From assembly GCA_002633005.1 (NCBI GenBank), contig NMRA01000077.1, forward strand, positions 837,377-901,376: DNA of 64,000 nt, read 5' to 3'. A program made the translations under genes and the position numbers. Positions 1 to 13,025 of the stretch are shown one piece after another. The stretch comes from Phoronis australis (taxonomy: Eukaryota > Animalia > Phoronida). Positions within the stretch are counted from its first letter, which is position 1, and each line of letters opens with the position of its first letter. The notes under the pieces are model-generated. The model was not told where the DNA came from. It saw nothing but the letters and a program-made list of their open reading frames with translations, and did no database searches.

Positions 1-801
1 ACCCCGGGGAATAATGGCTACACCACTGGTTTGTAAACTTTCATATTTGTTGATTCATGTCCAAAATGAATTGTGAATCCACAGCACGTCGAACCACTAT
101 GACCAAAAAGATATTTTACAAAGATGTTATGTCCAATACTCACCCCCAGGACAAACACGCCATTAAGAAAATTATTAGGGATAATGTTAAACTTTGTAAG
201 CCCGATGATTATCTCGATGTCATTACTTATTATCCGAATACGAAGTCCTCCAACTTCGTCATCAAAAATAACATTTCTAAAGCGAAAGTCCGCCCTATTG
301 CCCAGTGCAGTGTTGTTTATATGAGTTTGTATTCATTCAAATGTCAAGCAATGTTAGATTGGTCAAACGGTTTGCTGACTTTTCCTTTGGTTATCTATGC
401 ATCTTCAAAATAGCGCCATCCAAAAACATTTTCTGCAATGTCAAAAACGCAGAATCACCCGTCAAGAAATTGTGGACAACACGTCAATTCGGTACGCAGA
501 GCACGATGTGGTGCGATTGAAAGTATTGGGAGTCGTTTTGATTGAATGAGCAGCAAACAGAGTAATACCACAAGCTACACTTGTTTCGGTGACTTTCCTG
601 TTACCTCCCTTCGTAATTCTTTGCAGTATTTCACACATGCCATGTCGCACTTTGTATTTTTCCAACTTTTTCTATGTGGTGGTATTGTTGCGTCATTTTA
701 TTTCCATTTGAAAATGAAAATGGCATGTTTCGAAATATCGTGTGTCTTAATCATGTCTATTGGTCAGTTGCGCTGTTCTGTTGAGAGTCAAACTTTGTTT
801 C
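1..801 (+). mobile_element. Penelope-like element fragment (linker + GIY-YIG endonuclease), copy 1; near-duplicate of 1391-2210
   Basis: ORF IFYKDVMS...IIRDNVK...ITYYPNTKSSNFVIKNN...SVVY resembles the PLE linker before GIY-YIG. The copy ends at a single N (802). Confidence 0.75.
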
Positions 802-960
802 NTATATTTACAAACAATAACCGCTTTACTGTCAGGGAGTGAGCAAAACATGCTAGACACTAGCAGCCATATTCCATAGTTGCACACTACTATGGCATGA
901 AATATCAATCCAACTTTTGGCATGCCTATAAAGACAATTTAAAGTTACATTCCGCCCATG

Positions 961-2337
961 TTAAGGCCACTACCTACCTTCGTTACCAGAGGGCCCTGTC
1001 TCTTTGAATATCTTTTGACATATTGATTGTCAGTGTGTAAAAACATATATTTTTTGAATCCTTGATAATAAGGGAAGTTGAAAATGCGAACGAAAGTGAT
1101 GCTCACATGACGTTTTTTTGTAAAAAATCAGGCTTTCCATGGAGACCGTGGTAACTTCCACAGGTCTCATTATTTCCCAGCAGGGTAGTAAATTCTGTTT
1201 GTTTGGTCCATTGGCTACAAAACAGTGTCTAGGCTTTTTTATGGCCTTTGATAAAGGTTTCTGTCTTCACACCAAAAACATGTGCCCTGAGTGGTATAAG
1301 GTCGCCATTGTGGTCAACTTCCTAAAGAGGGCCTATTTGGTGTCATCTAATTGGCTATTGTTCAATTGAGAGATAGATCGTACAAGACCAGCCCCGGGGA
1401 ATAATGACTACACCACTGGTTTGTAAACTTTCATATTTGTTGATTCATGTCCAAAATGAATTGTGAATCCACAGCACGTCAGGCCACTATGACCAAAAAG
1501 ATATTTTACAAAGATGTTATGTCCAATACTCACCCCCAGGACAAACACGCCATTAAGAAAATTATTAGGGATAATGTTAAACTTTGTAAGCCCCATGATT
1601 ATCTCGATGTCATTACTTATTATCCGAATACGAAGTCCTCCAACTTCGTCATCAAAAATAACATTTCTAAAGCGAAAGTCCGCCCTATTGCCCAGTGCAG
1701 TGTTGTTTATATGAGTTTGTATGCCCTACAAACGAATATCTTCATTCAAATGTCAAGCAATGTTAGATTGGTCAAACGGTTTGCTGACTTTCCCTTTGGT
1801 TATCTATGCATCTTCAAAATAGCGCCATCCAAAAACATTTTCTGCAATGTCAAAAACGTAAAATCACCCGTCAAGAAATTGTGGACAGCACGTCAATTCG
1901 GTACGCAGAGCACGATGTGGTGCGATTGAAAGTATTGGGAGTCGTTTTGATTGAATGAGCAGCAAACAGAGTAATGCCGCAAGCTACACTTGTTTCGGTG
2001 ACTTTCCTGTTACCTCCCTTCGTAATTCTTTGCAGTATTTCACACATGCCATGTCGCACTTTGTATTTTTCCAACTTTTTCTATGTGGTGGTATTGTTGC
2101 GTCATTATATTTCCATTTGAAAATGAAAATGGTATGTTTCGAAATATCGTGTGTCTTAATCATGTCTATTGGTCAGTTGCGCTGTTCTGTTGAGAGTCAA
2201 ACTTTGTTTCGAGGATACGAACAGAATAGAATAAAGATTATCAACGACACGTGCCGTGTATTGAACCAATTTCAATAATATATGTGAAAATACCATTTAG
2301 TTTCAAACATTCCAACGAAGGTAAGCTGTGACGTTAA
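961..2337. mobile_element. TTAA-flanked (Kolobok-like) non-autonomous TIR element enclosing a Penelope fragment
   Basis: Imperfect TIRs ttaaGGCCACTACCTACCTTCGTT ... AACGAAGGTAAGCTGTGACGttaa. The ends resemble the 21824-22503 MITE. Confidence 0.5.
1270..2210 (+). mobile_element. Penelope-like retroelement 3' fragment (RT thumb, linker, GIY-YIG), degenerate
   Basis: CPEWYKVAIVVNFLKRAYLVSSNW, then after a frameshift VVY-EFVCP...C*IGQTVC*LSLWLSMHLQNSAIQKHF...ITRQEIVDST...RLKVL. Contains stops and frameshifts. Confidence 0.8.
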
Positions 2338-2984
2338 GCTGTCAATGTTAAATTCTTGACTAAAGCATTCTGGGGTTTCAAATATTCGGGCTCATCTCAT
2401 CTTGAATTATTGCCAAATGAACCAACAACTCAAATCCCAGGCAATGCCTGCATGCACCATTTTCAAACCCGCAATTTCAGAATTTGCCACCAACTATAAC
2501 ATCTGAAGTGTTTTCTTGAATTGTTGATTGTCGAAATAAAATTCTAGCATGGTAAGGAATATGATGAGGCCAATTTTATTAGAGTTAAAGGCGCTAAACA
2601 GGGTGAATGTAGATTTAAGTAGTAGAGACTCTACCAGTTAAGCTTCAAAGCAAATGATGGCCAAAGTTCCAATTTGAGAACCCTGAATGTGAGATGGATC
2701 GAGAAGCAAGAAACGCCAGGAAAAAAATGCACAGAAACTGCAAAACAATCAGGTGTGCAATCAGTCGTGATTTAGTTTCTTCGGAAAAAATTGCTTCACG
2801 AAAACAATCCCCACTTACTTAAAGACATGTACCATGGTGACAGTCATACATACCATGACAACAGTCACATGTATCATGGTAACAGTCATAGATGAGCAAA
2901 CGCATTAACGATTGAAGTCAATATTTCCTTTGCGAAGTTTTGGATGAAACAAACTTATTGAAAAACAGAGACATAACATCTTAC

Positions 2985-3117
2985 CAAGTTCCAGTAATGG
3001 CTTTGTGACCGTGTAGGAATCAGTAGTCTTCTCCATAATATCAGAATTGTGAGATGACATCACATCCCAGACAAGAATTGAACAGTCTGTGCGATACTTG
3101 TCTAACCCCTCAGCCAG
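2985..3117 (-). CDS. MIOS: GATOR2 complex protein MIOS, coding exon 5
   Basis: LAEGLDKYRTDCSILVWDV...TKPLLEL matches the MIOS LAAGLDKHRADFSVLIWD region; tag acceptor and gtaag donor in phase. Confidence 0.9.
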
Positions 3118-3426
3118 CTACAATGTAAAAATGATATCCTGTGAGAAAAAATAAAATAAACAGATTGAGTGAGCTGTTTATACCAGGAATTATTCTAATT
3201 TTTCTTATATTTTCTTGTATCAACCACATAAGGAAGACTTTATCTTTTTACCCATTTCTACCAGTATATCATGAAGTGAACTGAGAATTCAGACAACAGA
3301 TAAGTAACAGGAGATGGCTGGTCAACACTACAATAACCAAATTCCATTAGTGAACTTCCGTCTTCAGGTTCATGTGGTTATGAAAATTTTCTTTACTTTT
3401 TAAACATGTATTCACATATCACTCAC

Positions 3427-3485
3427 CAGATGGCTCTCAGTGATATTCCATTCCAGGTAGTTACATTGACGTGCATGTCTGGGTA
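3427..3485 (-). CDS. MIOS: MIOS coding exon 4
   Basis: VPRHARQCNYLEWNITESHL (MIOS VPKHARQCNTLAWN); AG/GTGAGT boundaries. Confidence 0.9.
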
Positions 3486-4189
3486 CTGCAAACATTTAAG
3501 GATGAAGTATGATGCTTTAATAACACGTGTAAGTGCTGACGCACTCCGTTAGTGGTTTGACTTTATTCGCCATCTGTTGGTAGTTTTTATGTTAGTGATG
3601 AAGCTTCTACCGCGTTCATTTTCCACGTGACTATATTCTTCAATATTATTTGCACATGTGACACTGTTTGGCAGATCATGGTTTGTAGCAGTAACACGCC
3701 ACTTTGGCTCATTCGTATTTCAACGCATTTACCGATAAGTTTACTCTTCTAGTTTCGTCATGATTTATCCTGCAAATTGGTGTAAGTATATTGTACTTAG
3801 TTTTGTTATAACTTAAGAACTTCAATGTAATTGTAATGTGTATTCTGTACCTTTAATTATCGTTGCCTCAAGTAGTTTGACATTTGTTTGAATGCAATGT
3901 TTAACATTAGTATCATAATTTTGTAAACGACCAACGCATTGTTCAATCGTCTCATAGAATGTTTTTTGTACGTCACAGCTGAACCGAGCAACTACAAGTT
4001 TACGAACAAATAAAGTTGTTCAATGCAACTCATGCTCGCGTTCATCCATGTAGGCCTAACGATTTTCGCAACCACAATGTGAACACAAGAGAACAAACAG
4101 ATAAAGTCTTATCAGCAAAATGCATGAAATGTCAAGTTGATGGATTTTGTTTTGTTACAAAATCAAATTATGGGCATGCATTTTCTTAC

Positions 4190-4242
4190 CAAACTCTTTG
4201 CCAACTAAAGACGTAGTGTCACTTGCTCCTGTCCGACCAAAG
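4190..4242 (-). CDS. MIOS: MIOS coding exon 3
   Basis: SFGRTGASDTTSLVGKEF (MIOS DLIGKEF); phase 2/1 joins fit both neighbours. Confidence 0.85.
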
Positions 4243-4544
4243 CTGTAAATGAACATGAAAATAATATCATGCAAGTACTTATTTCATTTCATTGCAATAT
4301 TATCAAAATTGAAAACTTACTAGCACTATAACGGATTACACAACTTGATATTGGTTACAAAATTTATGGATTTTTTAATGCACGGCAGTGTAGCTAAGAC
4401 ACAAACAATATTATTAAACTCAAGTTTTAAAAGAAGGGTTCCAAGGAATGAACTTCAAAAGACTCGACTCAACTACACAAGACATTCAATTCTCAGTGCA
4501 AAGAGCAATAGCTGGAGTGAGTTACAGTGTAAAGTAACAAAACT

Positions 4545-4927
4545 GAACACAGGTAAGACTTAAAAGCATAGATCATTCTGGTCTCTGTCAAGACTCATGA
4601 ACACAGATAAGACTTAAAAGGCCTTGTTCATTCTGGTCTCTGTCAAGACTCATGAACACAGATAAGACTTAAAAAGCCTTGTTCATTTTGGTCTCTGTCA
4701 AGACTCATGAACACAGATAAGACTTAAAAAGCATAGTTCATTCTGGTCTCTGTCCTGACTCATGAACACAGGTAAGACTTAAAAAGCATAGTTCATTCTG
4801 GTCTCTGTCAAGACTCATGAACACAGGTAAGACTTAAAAGCATAGATCATTCTGGTCTCTGTCAAGACTCATGAACACAGATAAGACTTAAAAAGCATAG
4901 ATCATTCTGGTCTCTGTCCCGACTCAT
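4545..4927. repeat. ~54-55 bp minisatellite, about 7 copies, in a MIOS intron
   Basis: Unit catgaacacagataagacttaaaaagcatagttcattctggtctctgtcaagact. Confidence 0.95.
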
Positions 4928-5524
4928 TTTGGGACCTGTGCACACATACTTAAAACAAGGAAATGCACGTCTGCACCAATTTCAGCCAAGGTATCTAGCT
5001 TTTTGTGAAAAGCTTCACCAAGGCAGGCAAACAAGGACAAGCAAGTCTTGAAACTTGATGGTTTGCCAAGAGATAAATATACAAACAAAATCCAAATTAT
5101 ATTTGCTACACTCATGTGGATGTTGTTTTTTGAAAAAGTAAGCAACTATCAAAGACCAGAACATATATCAAGTCAATCATATAAATGAGGGAATTTCCAG
5201 TGGTAAAAATACACAATGAATACCCTCATACACAAGTCCAGTGAAAGCTTCTGTCAAAATAGTTCAAAGCAATAACAGTATTTTACCCCATCTGCTTTTA
5301 TGTCAGCTTAACAAACTTCATTCAGATATTTATAACTTCGCTGAAAACACGACTAAAATTTTTGTTTAGAGCTTGATACTGATTCACTCGCAGTGTCGAA
5401 ACAATCTCCTTTCTTCAGGTTTGCAGCTATACTAATATTTATAAGTGCTAAAGTCAATGAACACACCACTTCTTTTAAAGCTTGTGTATGTGACGTGGCT
5501 TGTTTTCAAATGGATCCAACGTAC

Positions 5525-5604
5525 CTGGTGAGAACTACTTTACCATTGGCCTGACCAACAGCCAATAGGTGATCAGCTTTAGAACTGGGGCACCAGGCAA
5601 TACA
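5525..5604 (-). CDS. MIOS: MIOS coding exon 2
   Basis: CIAWCPSSKADHLLAVGQANGKVVLT (MIOS LLAVGQANGRVVLT); tttcag acceptor and gtac donor. Confidence 0.93.
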
Positions 5605-6279
5605 CTGAAAGTAAAATGCGTTAATGTTATCGGCAGGACGAAAGATGAATGACCAATAACCACATCCTGAAATCAACACAGTGTAGGATTTACCTAGTTC
5701 CTGAAATGTCATCATGCCAACACACTTTCCAGATGAGCAAGACAAGTAATTTACAATAAATTATACCTCGCCCAGCTTGTAAGATTTTTTATGTCAACAT
5801 TGCATTAGAATGACGAATTATGAAATTTTGATATAAACAATGAGTACAGTAGCAGAAAGATAAATATCCTGTGGATGCACAGCATTGTGGGTAAAAATGG
5901 TATAATCAGGTATTTTGAGCTACAACTACAGCTGGTATGAATCTCATACAATGCAGAATTGTGGCGGCCAAGCAGACACTCAGCTCTCAGCTGTGAGAGA
6001 AGTAAACACAGGCCACCACCACTGAGTTAGTAAGTCACTGATATTTTCATAATGGGATAAACAGAATGTCAAATAATTCATTAACATCTATCAAATTTTC
6101 CAAAAAATTCTAGTGCCTCTGTTAAATTCAATGTATTACTGCAGCTATGCTGCTGGAAACATGCAGCATCAAGGGCATAGTGTGATTCTTCCAGTGATGC
6201 ATCAAAATTCAGGTAAAGGCTAGGTTAAACTACATATTGACTGGATGGAAAAATGATCAGAGATGCAGACAAGAGCAAC

Positions 6280-7952
6280 GCACCCACAAATGCACTGCAG
6301 ACAGTGTGCTTCTAGGATTGTTTATTTGGTATCCTAAATGATGCAAAAACCTCAAATCCACCCAAAAACAGGAACGTACCATCGCTTCTTTAATGGAAAG
6401 CTATTTACCAAATTTCCTAAAAATCTGTCAAGGAACTTCAGAGAAACAAAGGAAAAATGTAAAAAAATGAAATTGCCACAAGGGAGCACAGCGTTCGTTG
6501 GATCTGGCTGAAAGTCGCTGTCGTCTGTTGTTAGCTTTGTATAAATACACTTACTAAATTTAATAAAGATTCTACAGTGGGTTTAGAAGATACAGCTATG
6601 GGCGCAAAACAAAACTACCAGGAGGAGGCCCCACCGTAGTCAAAGCTGTCATTGTCAGCCGTCCTCTTCACACTGAGAACATATATGCCAAATTTCAAAA
6701 TCATCTTCAGAATGGTTTGGTTGATAGATGGGTGGACGCCAAAAATAGATTCCGAAACAGGAAAAATGGCAACTAGGTAACGCAAAATACCTCGATTCCA
6801 TCCAAAAACGGGAGGATAATGTCATCTAAGAGATGCTTATCTGCTAAATTTTATAAAAATCCATTGAGAACCTCTGAAGATACAGAGAAAAATGTAAAAA
6901 CTAAAATTACCACTAGAGGCACACCGGCAGTTAATCCATCCGAAAATCGTCATCGTCCGTTGTTAACATCATATATACTTGCTAATTTAGTGAAGATCAT
7001 TCAAACGATTAAGGAGATAAAGCCATGAGCGCAAAAAACAAATCAAAACTGCCACTAGAAGGCACCACAGTAGTCGAAGTCCTCGGAAAAACGTCGTCAG
7101 CCGTCCTCTTAATAGTAAGAACATACATGCCAATTTTCCTTAGAGCAGTTTGGTTGATAGAGGGGTGGACTTGAAAACAGTAAAAATTGCCACTAGGTGG
7201 CACAAACTACGTCAAATCCATTCGAAAACCGGAAAATAGCATCATCTCACTAACAGATGCCTACATGCCACATTTTATGAAAATACGTTGAGGACCTTTG
7301 AAGATACATAAAAACATAAAAAACTAAAGTTGCAACTAGGGGACATACCGGTACTCCGATCCATTTGAAAATCAACCCCATTCTTTGTCAACTTCGTATA
7401 AACATACTTGCAAAATTTAATAAATATCCTACAGAGCGTTTACGAGATACAGCCATAGGCGCAAAATCAAATAAAACTGCCACTAGGAGGCGCTCCAGAA
7501 GTTGAAGTAGTTGGAAAGTCATCGTCAGCCAGCCTCTTCTTAGTAAGAGCATACATAACAATTTTCATAATCATCCTGAGAGCGGTTTGGTTGACAGAGG
7601 GACGGACACCAAAAAACAGAATTGAAAACACTAGGTGGCCTAAAATGTCGAATGAATCTGAAAATGCTTGGGTAGCGTCATCTCATTAGATGCCCATGTG
7701 TCAAGTTTCATGAAAATCCATTGAGGACCTTTGAAGATACAAAGGTAAACGTAAAAATATTAATTGCCACTAGGGGGCACACCAGTAGACGGGTCCATAT
7801 GAAATTCGCCGTCATCCGTCGTCGCTTTATAGGAACACCTCTGCCAAATCTCATCAAGATCCTGTGAGGGTTTAGGAGATACAGCTGCGGACAGACACAG
7901 ATGACGGCAATAAGCACCCACATGTAAATATAGTGGGTGCATAATAAAAACA
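6280..7952 (-). mobile_element. Helentron-type non-autonomous element (HINE/DINE-like) with internal ~100-bp tandem subunits
   Basis: Terminus reads tttttattatgcacccac...gtgggtgc (hairpin) plus a (tctg)n tract on the minus strand; repeated ccactag(a/g)ggc subunits; same family at 24993, 48780 and 63155. Confidence 0.65.
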
Positions 7953-8301
7953 TAACCACCTCCGTCCCAACAGCATCAATTAAGATATCAAATACAAAAC
8001 CAATAGGAAGCTAAAACTGGCTTACCTCAATTTCAACACAATTCAAGGCCAAAGCATACTCACTGGTCAATTTCCACAAGTAGCGTGCGACGGTTATTGG
8101 CTCACAATCATCCATTGACACCACAGATAACTTGACACAATGTGAACAATATAATGGAAAACAACAACTGTCACTTGGACAAAATGTGAACAATATAATG
8201 GAAAACAACAACTGTCACCTGGACGAACCAGAATTTGAAAGTATGAGAAAGCTGCAACATGCTTTTTTGGTGAGAGTATGATAAAACGACTATAATTAAT
8301 A

Positions 8302-8533
8302 CATGCGCGCACCCAGGAGGAGCTCCCCCCATTTGGCGAAGCGGGCAAAAAGGTCCGCCTCTGAGAAACAGCAAGTCCGAGAAAATGAGACAAAAGTCTA
8401 CTAAACAAGCACAAACGCGCAATTCAGAGTGTTGCCCCCATTTTTTTTCAGTCCACTCGCTTTTTTGCAACCAAAAGGTCCACAACGTCAGGAATTAGAG
8501 ACCCCCCCATATTGAAGGCTGGGTGTGCGCATG
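8302..8533. mobile_element. MITE with 5-bp TSD
   Basis: TIRs CATGCGCGCACCCAG ... CTGGGTGTGCGCATG, TSD taata on both sides; truncated second copy at ~40897-41112. Confidence 0.8.
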
Positions 8534-8781
8534 TAATAGAAAAACAAATGATTGAAAGTAAGCCTTAAAATCAAATAAATATGTAGGTTTATTACCAAAA
8601 GAATCTCATGCCATACCCTATTCGACTTCCCTGAAATCAAATCTCACCAGCAAATAATGAATCAGGTTACAAGTCCACAAGTTATCTGTGATGTCATCAG
8701 ATGTTTGCAAGCAGACAACTGCCACACAATGCATTCGAAATACAACAGCAGTACCGTAAACGAAATCCCATCAACCGATAC

Positions 8782-8973
8782 CTTCATATACTGGTTATCA
8801 GAATTAACTGATAGCAAGTTGGCATAGGTGTCGTCTGACAACTTTAACCCTTGACCTGACTGAACACCATTTTCTACTTTGAAGAGGCTAATGTCTGTAC
8901 CCAAAGTCACAAATTCATCACCATGATTAGGTGACCAAAGGATGTCCATTGTCCCAGAGACTATCTCCTCCAA
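8782..8973 (-). CDS. MIOS: MIOS first recognisable coding exon (first in-frame ATG at 8949)
   Basis: SGTMDILWSPNHGDEFV...LKLSDDTYANLLSVNSDNQYMK matches the MIOS N-terminus (SGTKPDILWAP...); tttcag acceptor, AAG/gtatc donor. Confidence 0.9.
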
Positions 8974-11879
8974 CTGAAAAAAATAATGTACACAGAAAAA
9001 AATTCTTCAGTTGGGGACACAATACAGCAGACTAAGACTAGAGAAATTTCTCAACAAAAATAACTTTTCAAGAACTTAGTTTCCTTTACCCTCATGATTG
9101 TACTGTATTTGCAGCCATGAAATAAGCTTCTTAAAACAGGAAAATGTCATTTTATCAAGTATCTTAGTCCCAAATTAGATAACTTTACTGTGCACTCTAT
9201 AACCATGTCACACAACCCAAAATCTTCTGTATTTTGGCTAAAGCTGCATTTCGTCCTGTTTAGCTGGGTGAAAAATGGAAGGCCTTTACCCTGCTAAAAT
9301 CAACCTCATAATATTCCTTACCACTATGGGAATCTATTTTGTTACCAACTAAACTTGCAGGTAATGCGTACATACACTATTTTCAATTCACAATTTTAGG
9401 GTTGACGCCATTTTCAAATTCGCAACTTTAAGGTTGCCTAACCTTAATAAACCCTGATTGAGTCACTGATGGTTTCGATGTTCTTGTTGCTAATGGAAAT
9501 GTAATCTCATCGTCCAAGGAATATTATGAGAGCAATTTCATGAGAGTAAAAGGTCCCATTTGATTTAATTTTTTCACTGAGCTAAACAGAGCATAATGTA
9601 ATTTGTTGAGCGAATGAAGACACACAGGCACTATCCTCAAATGGAAGTTTTGATTAGGTAACATACAAGGTGGCAAGCTCTCAGCCAGTATCACAGTACG
9701 TTTAGTATAGGTTCCCTGAAGTAGTCCTCTACTGCAATAAATGATGGCCGACGATATTTACCCAACAAGATGGCCAAATAAGTCACTTGTTACTATTTAA
9801 CAAAAGGTCAGCCAAATATGCCGATATCTGCTCTTTACCCGACAAACTTTCCAACAATGTTATTGATTCACAATATGGACGTACCTGTCCATCAAATAGT
9901 GAGCTTTGGCTATTTGCCTGGCAAACTTTCAACAATCTAATTGGTTAATATATCACAAGCTGGGTTTGAAAAAAGGAACTGTTACTTCTCAGGCCAAGAA
10001 ATTACACTGGCCGTAAAATTATAAGGACATGTCATGAAACTAAAAATATTGTCAATATAATAGAAATCAAAGAATTTGAAGCGTGTAGTGTTAAATAATG
10101 ATTGGGAAGTTGACCAAGGCAGACACTTACTTTTTTAAGGAGACTAGGGTGTCCAAAATGGGGTTCCCAATATTCCAGGGCATTCATGATTCCGACGCAT
10201 AACCCCCCAACCCCCAGCAATCCCCCCAAACACACAGATTTTTTTGCAAAAAATGCATAGAACAAGGTTTTTACATCTAAGTTTATAAAAAAGCCTTCTG
10301 TAGTGAGCATTTTTATTAAAAAAACTGTGTAGCCCAAGACTTTTATAATGCTATCAACCAAGTGTGAGCATAGCAACATTGTATATACTTTGTATATACA
10401 TTGTCTTCCTGCTTTGAAAAAAGAGCCACCACTGTGAGTCTTCATAGGCTTCCTAGTAATCATGACAATGTGTGTGTGTCCAAACTTGAAAGGTTCCTAT
10501 TGATAATGGGCGGCCAAATGATACATTGGGAGTCCTTGCCAGGGCATCAATATTAGTGCCAGGGCCTCGGTTTGGACGCCCAGGACGTACGCTGCATAAA
10601 GGCCTGGCTATAAGTGTCTTATAGTGAAACAACACAGATTTCGAGACTTCTTGAAAGTAAAGCCGGAATTCTTGTACCATGCACAAGGCGATCTATGTGC
10701 CGTCAATCTTCCGTTTTGTTTCGAGTATACGACAAGTACAGCGCCTGGAATGTTTTCCGCAATCAATTCCGCAAAATTTGGTGAAACTGGTATAATGTGG
10801 TATTTTTGTGTTTGAGCGATTTATTTTTCACAATCCCTATTCCGCAAACTTTGGGCAAACATTTCTGCAAAAGAATCGTATGAACAGGCCTAACCCAAAC
10901 CGCCGCACTTTACAAAGAGAATGTGCATGTATCTCGCAGTCAGGCTGCAAGATACACGCGTGAGCATGCTTATTTCGTAACTCAGTACAAGAATTAAGTT
11001 TTGTATTCTGCTGACGAAAATTCATTTTGGGCACTTTGATGTATGGAAAACTTGCGTCGGAGGGTGTGCAAATTTTATTTACACCTTCTTTTACTCTTGA
11101 GGTCTTCTTGATTGTATTACAATTTCTAGAAATCACTTTGAAATCGTGTTGAGACTTTTCAAAAATTCCTGGTCCTTCCATATAAGTTCAGTTATAAGCA
11201 ATAGTAAGATTGTGTCTAACAGAAATAGTCCCTTTAATATGTTGATATCAGCAGAAATTAATTGCCCTCTCCAGATAAGCAGAGCAGGTTACAACTTCCC
11301 CACTGCCGAGCGTGCATGACTGCACGAACTATCGTGAATCTTGCCGTACAATTACCTGCATTGTGCACGGAATGTCGAAGTGTTGAAACTTGTGTGTGTC
11401 AATCACCGTATGGCTCAGGAACAGGCCATTCCTTGTAACTTATTTTAATTCATACAAATAATCAGAACACCATGACGTTGATTAAGAAAAGCAAATGCAC
11501 CCTAGCAGAAATTAGTTAGGTGTTTTGATACCAAAACATATTTTTAGCGCTTTTAACTGTATGTCATGAACTATTTCTTTGGTTATCTGAAATACTTGAG
11601 GTCTTAAAATTCTGGTTCTTTGATCCTGTTTAAAAAACTCTAAAGCATTGTGGCCTTGCATTCTCTAACAATTATCGCGGAAAATTTAATCGGGGTCCCC
11701 GAAAAATCTGAACATTGTCAATCAAATGGCAATGACCTTAACTTAAAACTCTGCGGAGCGCAGCAATGATTGGATCCTGACAGAGATCTGCGAAAGATGG
11801 AATCTGTTTTCAGTACTGGACATAAACAAGAACACCTAGATGTGCACATGTCGTTTTCTGAGCTGAGCATGCGTAGGCG

Positions 11880-12545
11880 GTATGCACTGCCGTGGTACAG
11901 AACTACAATGTGTCTTATAAAAGGTGTGCTCTCGACGGATAATTTTTTACTGTACAACCACGCGCTTTAATTGACTCAGAGAGCGTGGTCGGGCTGACAG
12001 TTTTCGACCATACGACCACGCGCTTTGAGTGTCTTAAAGGAGACGTGGTCCCGACGGATAACTTTTGACCATACAACGAGCTTTAAATGACTCAGAGAGC
12101 GTAGTCGGGGCTGATAACTTTCGTCCGTACCGAGCCGACCTGATTTTGCTCGAGTATCAGAACGCTTGTGGTCGGACGGACATTTTTCGTCCTAACGACC
12201 ACGCGCTATAAGTATCTTAGAGAAGGCGTTGTCCCGACGGATAATTTTACCTTATTACCACGCGCTTTAATTGACTCAGCGAGCGTGGTCGGGCTGACAT
12301 GTTTCATCCTTACGACCCCGCGTTTTAAGTGTCTTAGAGAAAGAGTGGTCCCGATGGATAATTTTTGACCATCCGACCACGCGCTTTAAATGACTTAGAG
12401 ATCGCTTGTGGTCGGGAGACAATTTTTATTCATACGACCACCCCTTCCGTCAGCAGCGTGGTCGGCGGACACATTTCATACATGACAACTACGTTCAACT
12501 GCGTGGTCCATGCGGATAAAATTTATCCATACGACTACACCTTTT
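11880..12545. repeat. Tandem array of ~59-bp hairpin units
   Basis: Each unit contains GCGTGGTCG...CGACCACGC inverted arms; two loop types alternate. Confidence 0.85.
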
Positions 12546-13025
12546 AATTTGTGTTAAATTAAGCTTTTGCAGCGGGTGGTTGGTGGGGACCACTTAATCA
12601 TCTTGTTAAGTGAATTTGGTAATACTGCAGCCTACACGGTGGCTTTAGTATAAATCTAAGTATCTTTTACTCATTTTCTGGACATATACACGGCATGCGT
12701 TCTCTTACTTTCAAATATGGCATCATACCCGAGAGAATCGAGTAGGGAAAATTTGTTCATATTTGCGCAACTCTAGCTGTTTTAAAGCAATAATAACGTC
12801 GCAAGGAGAGTATAGGCTTTGCCTAGAAAGTATTAGTACCCAAGATATTAACTATATTAACAAGAAAGGTGAGGCAGTGGGGACTATAGGGAGGCATATT
12901 GGCACTTTTACCATTTTACAAAATACACAGGACGAAATTCGTTCAGAAAGCAATGGGAAGTATTTTGACCCCTAACCGGCCAACCGAGGGGCTACGTGTC
13001 GCCTAGCACTCACTATGCTGAGTCA

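Noticed and set aside
1-2210. Apparent 1390-bp-period tandem duplication of the Penelope fragment
   Set aside because: Copy 1 stops at a lone N (802), and the copies differ by scattered SNPs and a small indel. An uncollapsed haplotype or contig overlap is more likely than a real tandem pLTR.
10032-11181. ORFs of 77-143 aa, and most other short ORFs in the track
   Set aside because: No recognisable motifs or splice-phase support; they lie in repeats or antisense to real exons.
11880-12545. CRISPR-like array (also the arrays at 4545, 20008 and 36503)
   Set aside because: No unique spacers and no cas genes; the context is eukaryotic.
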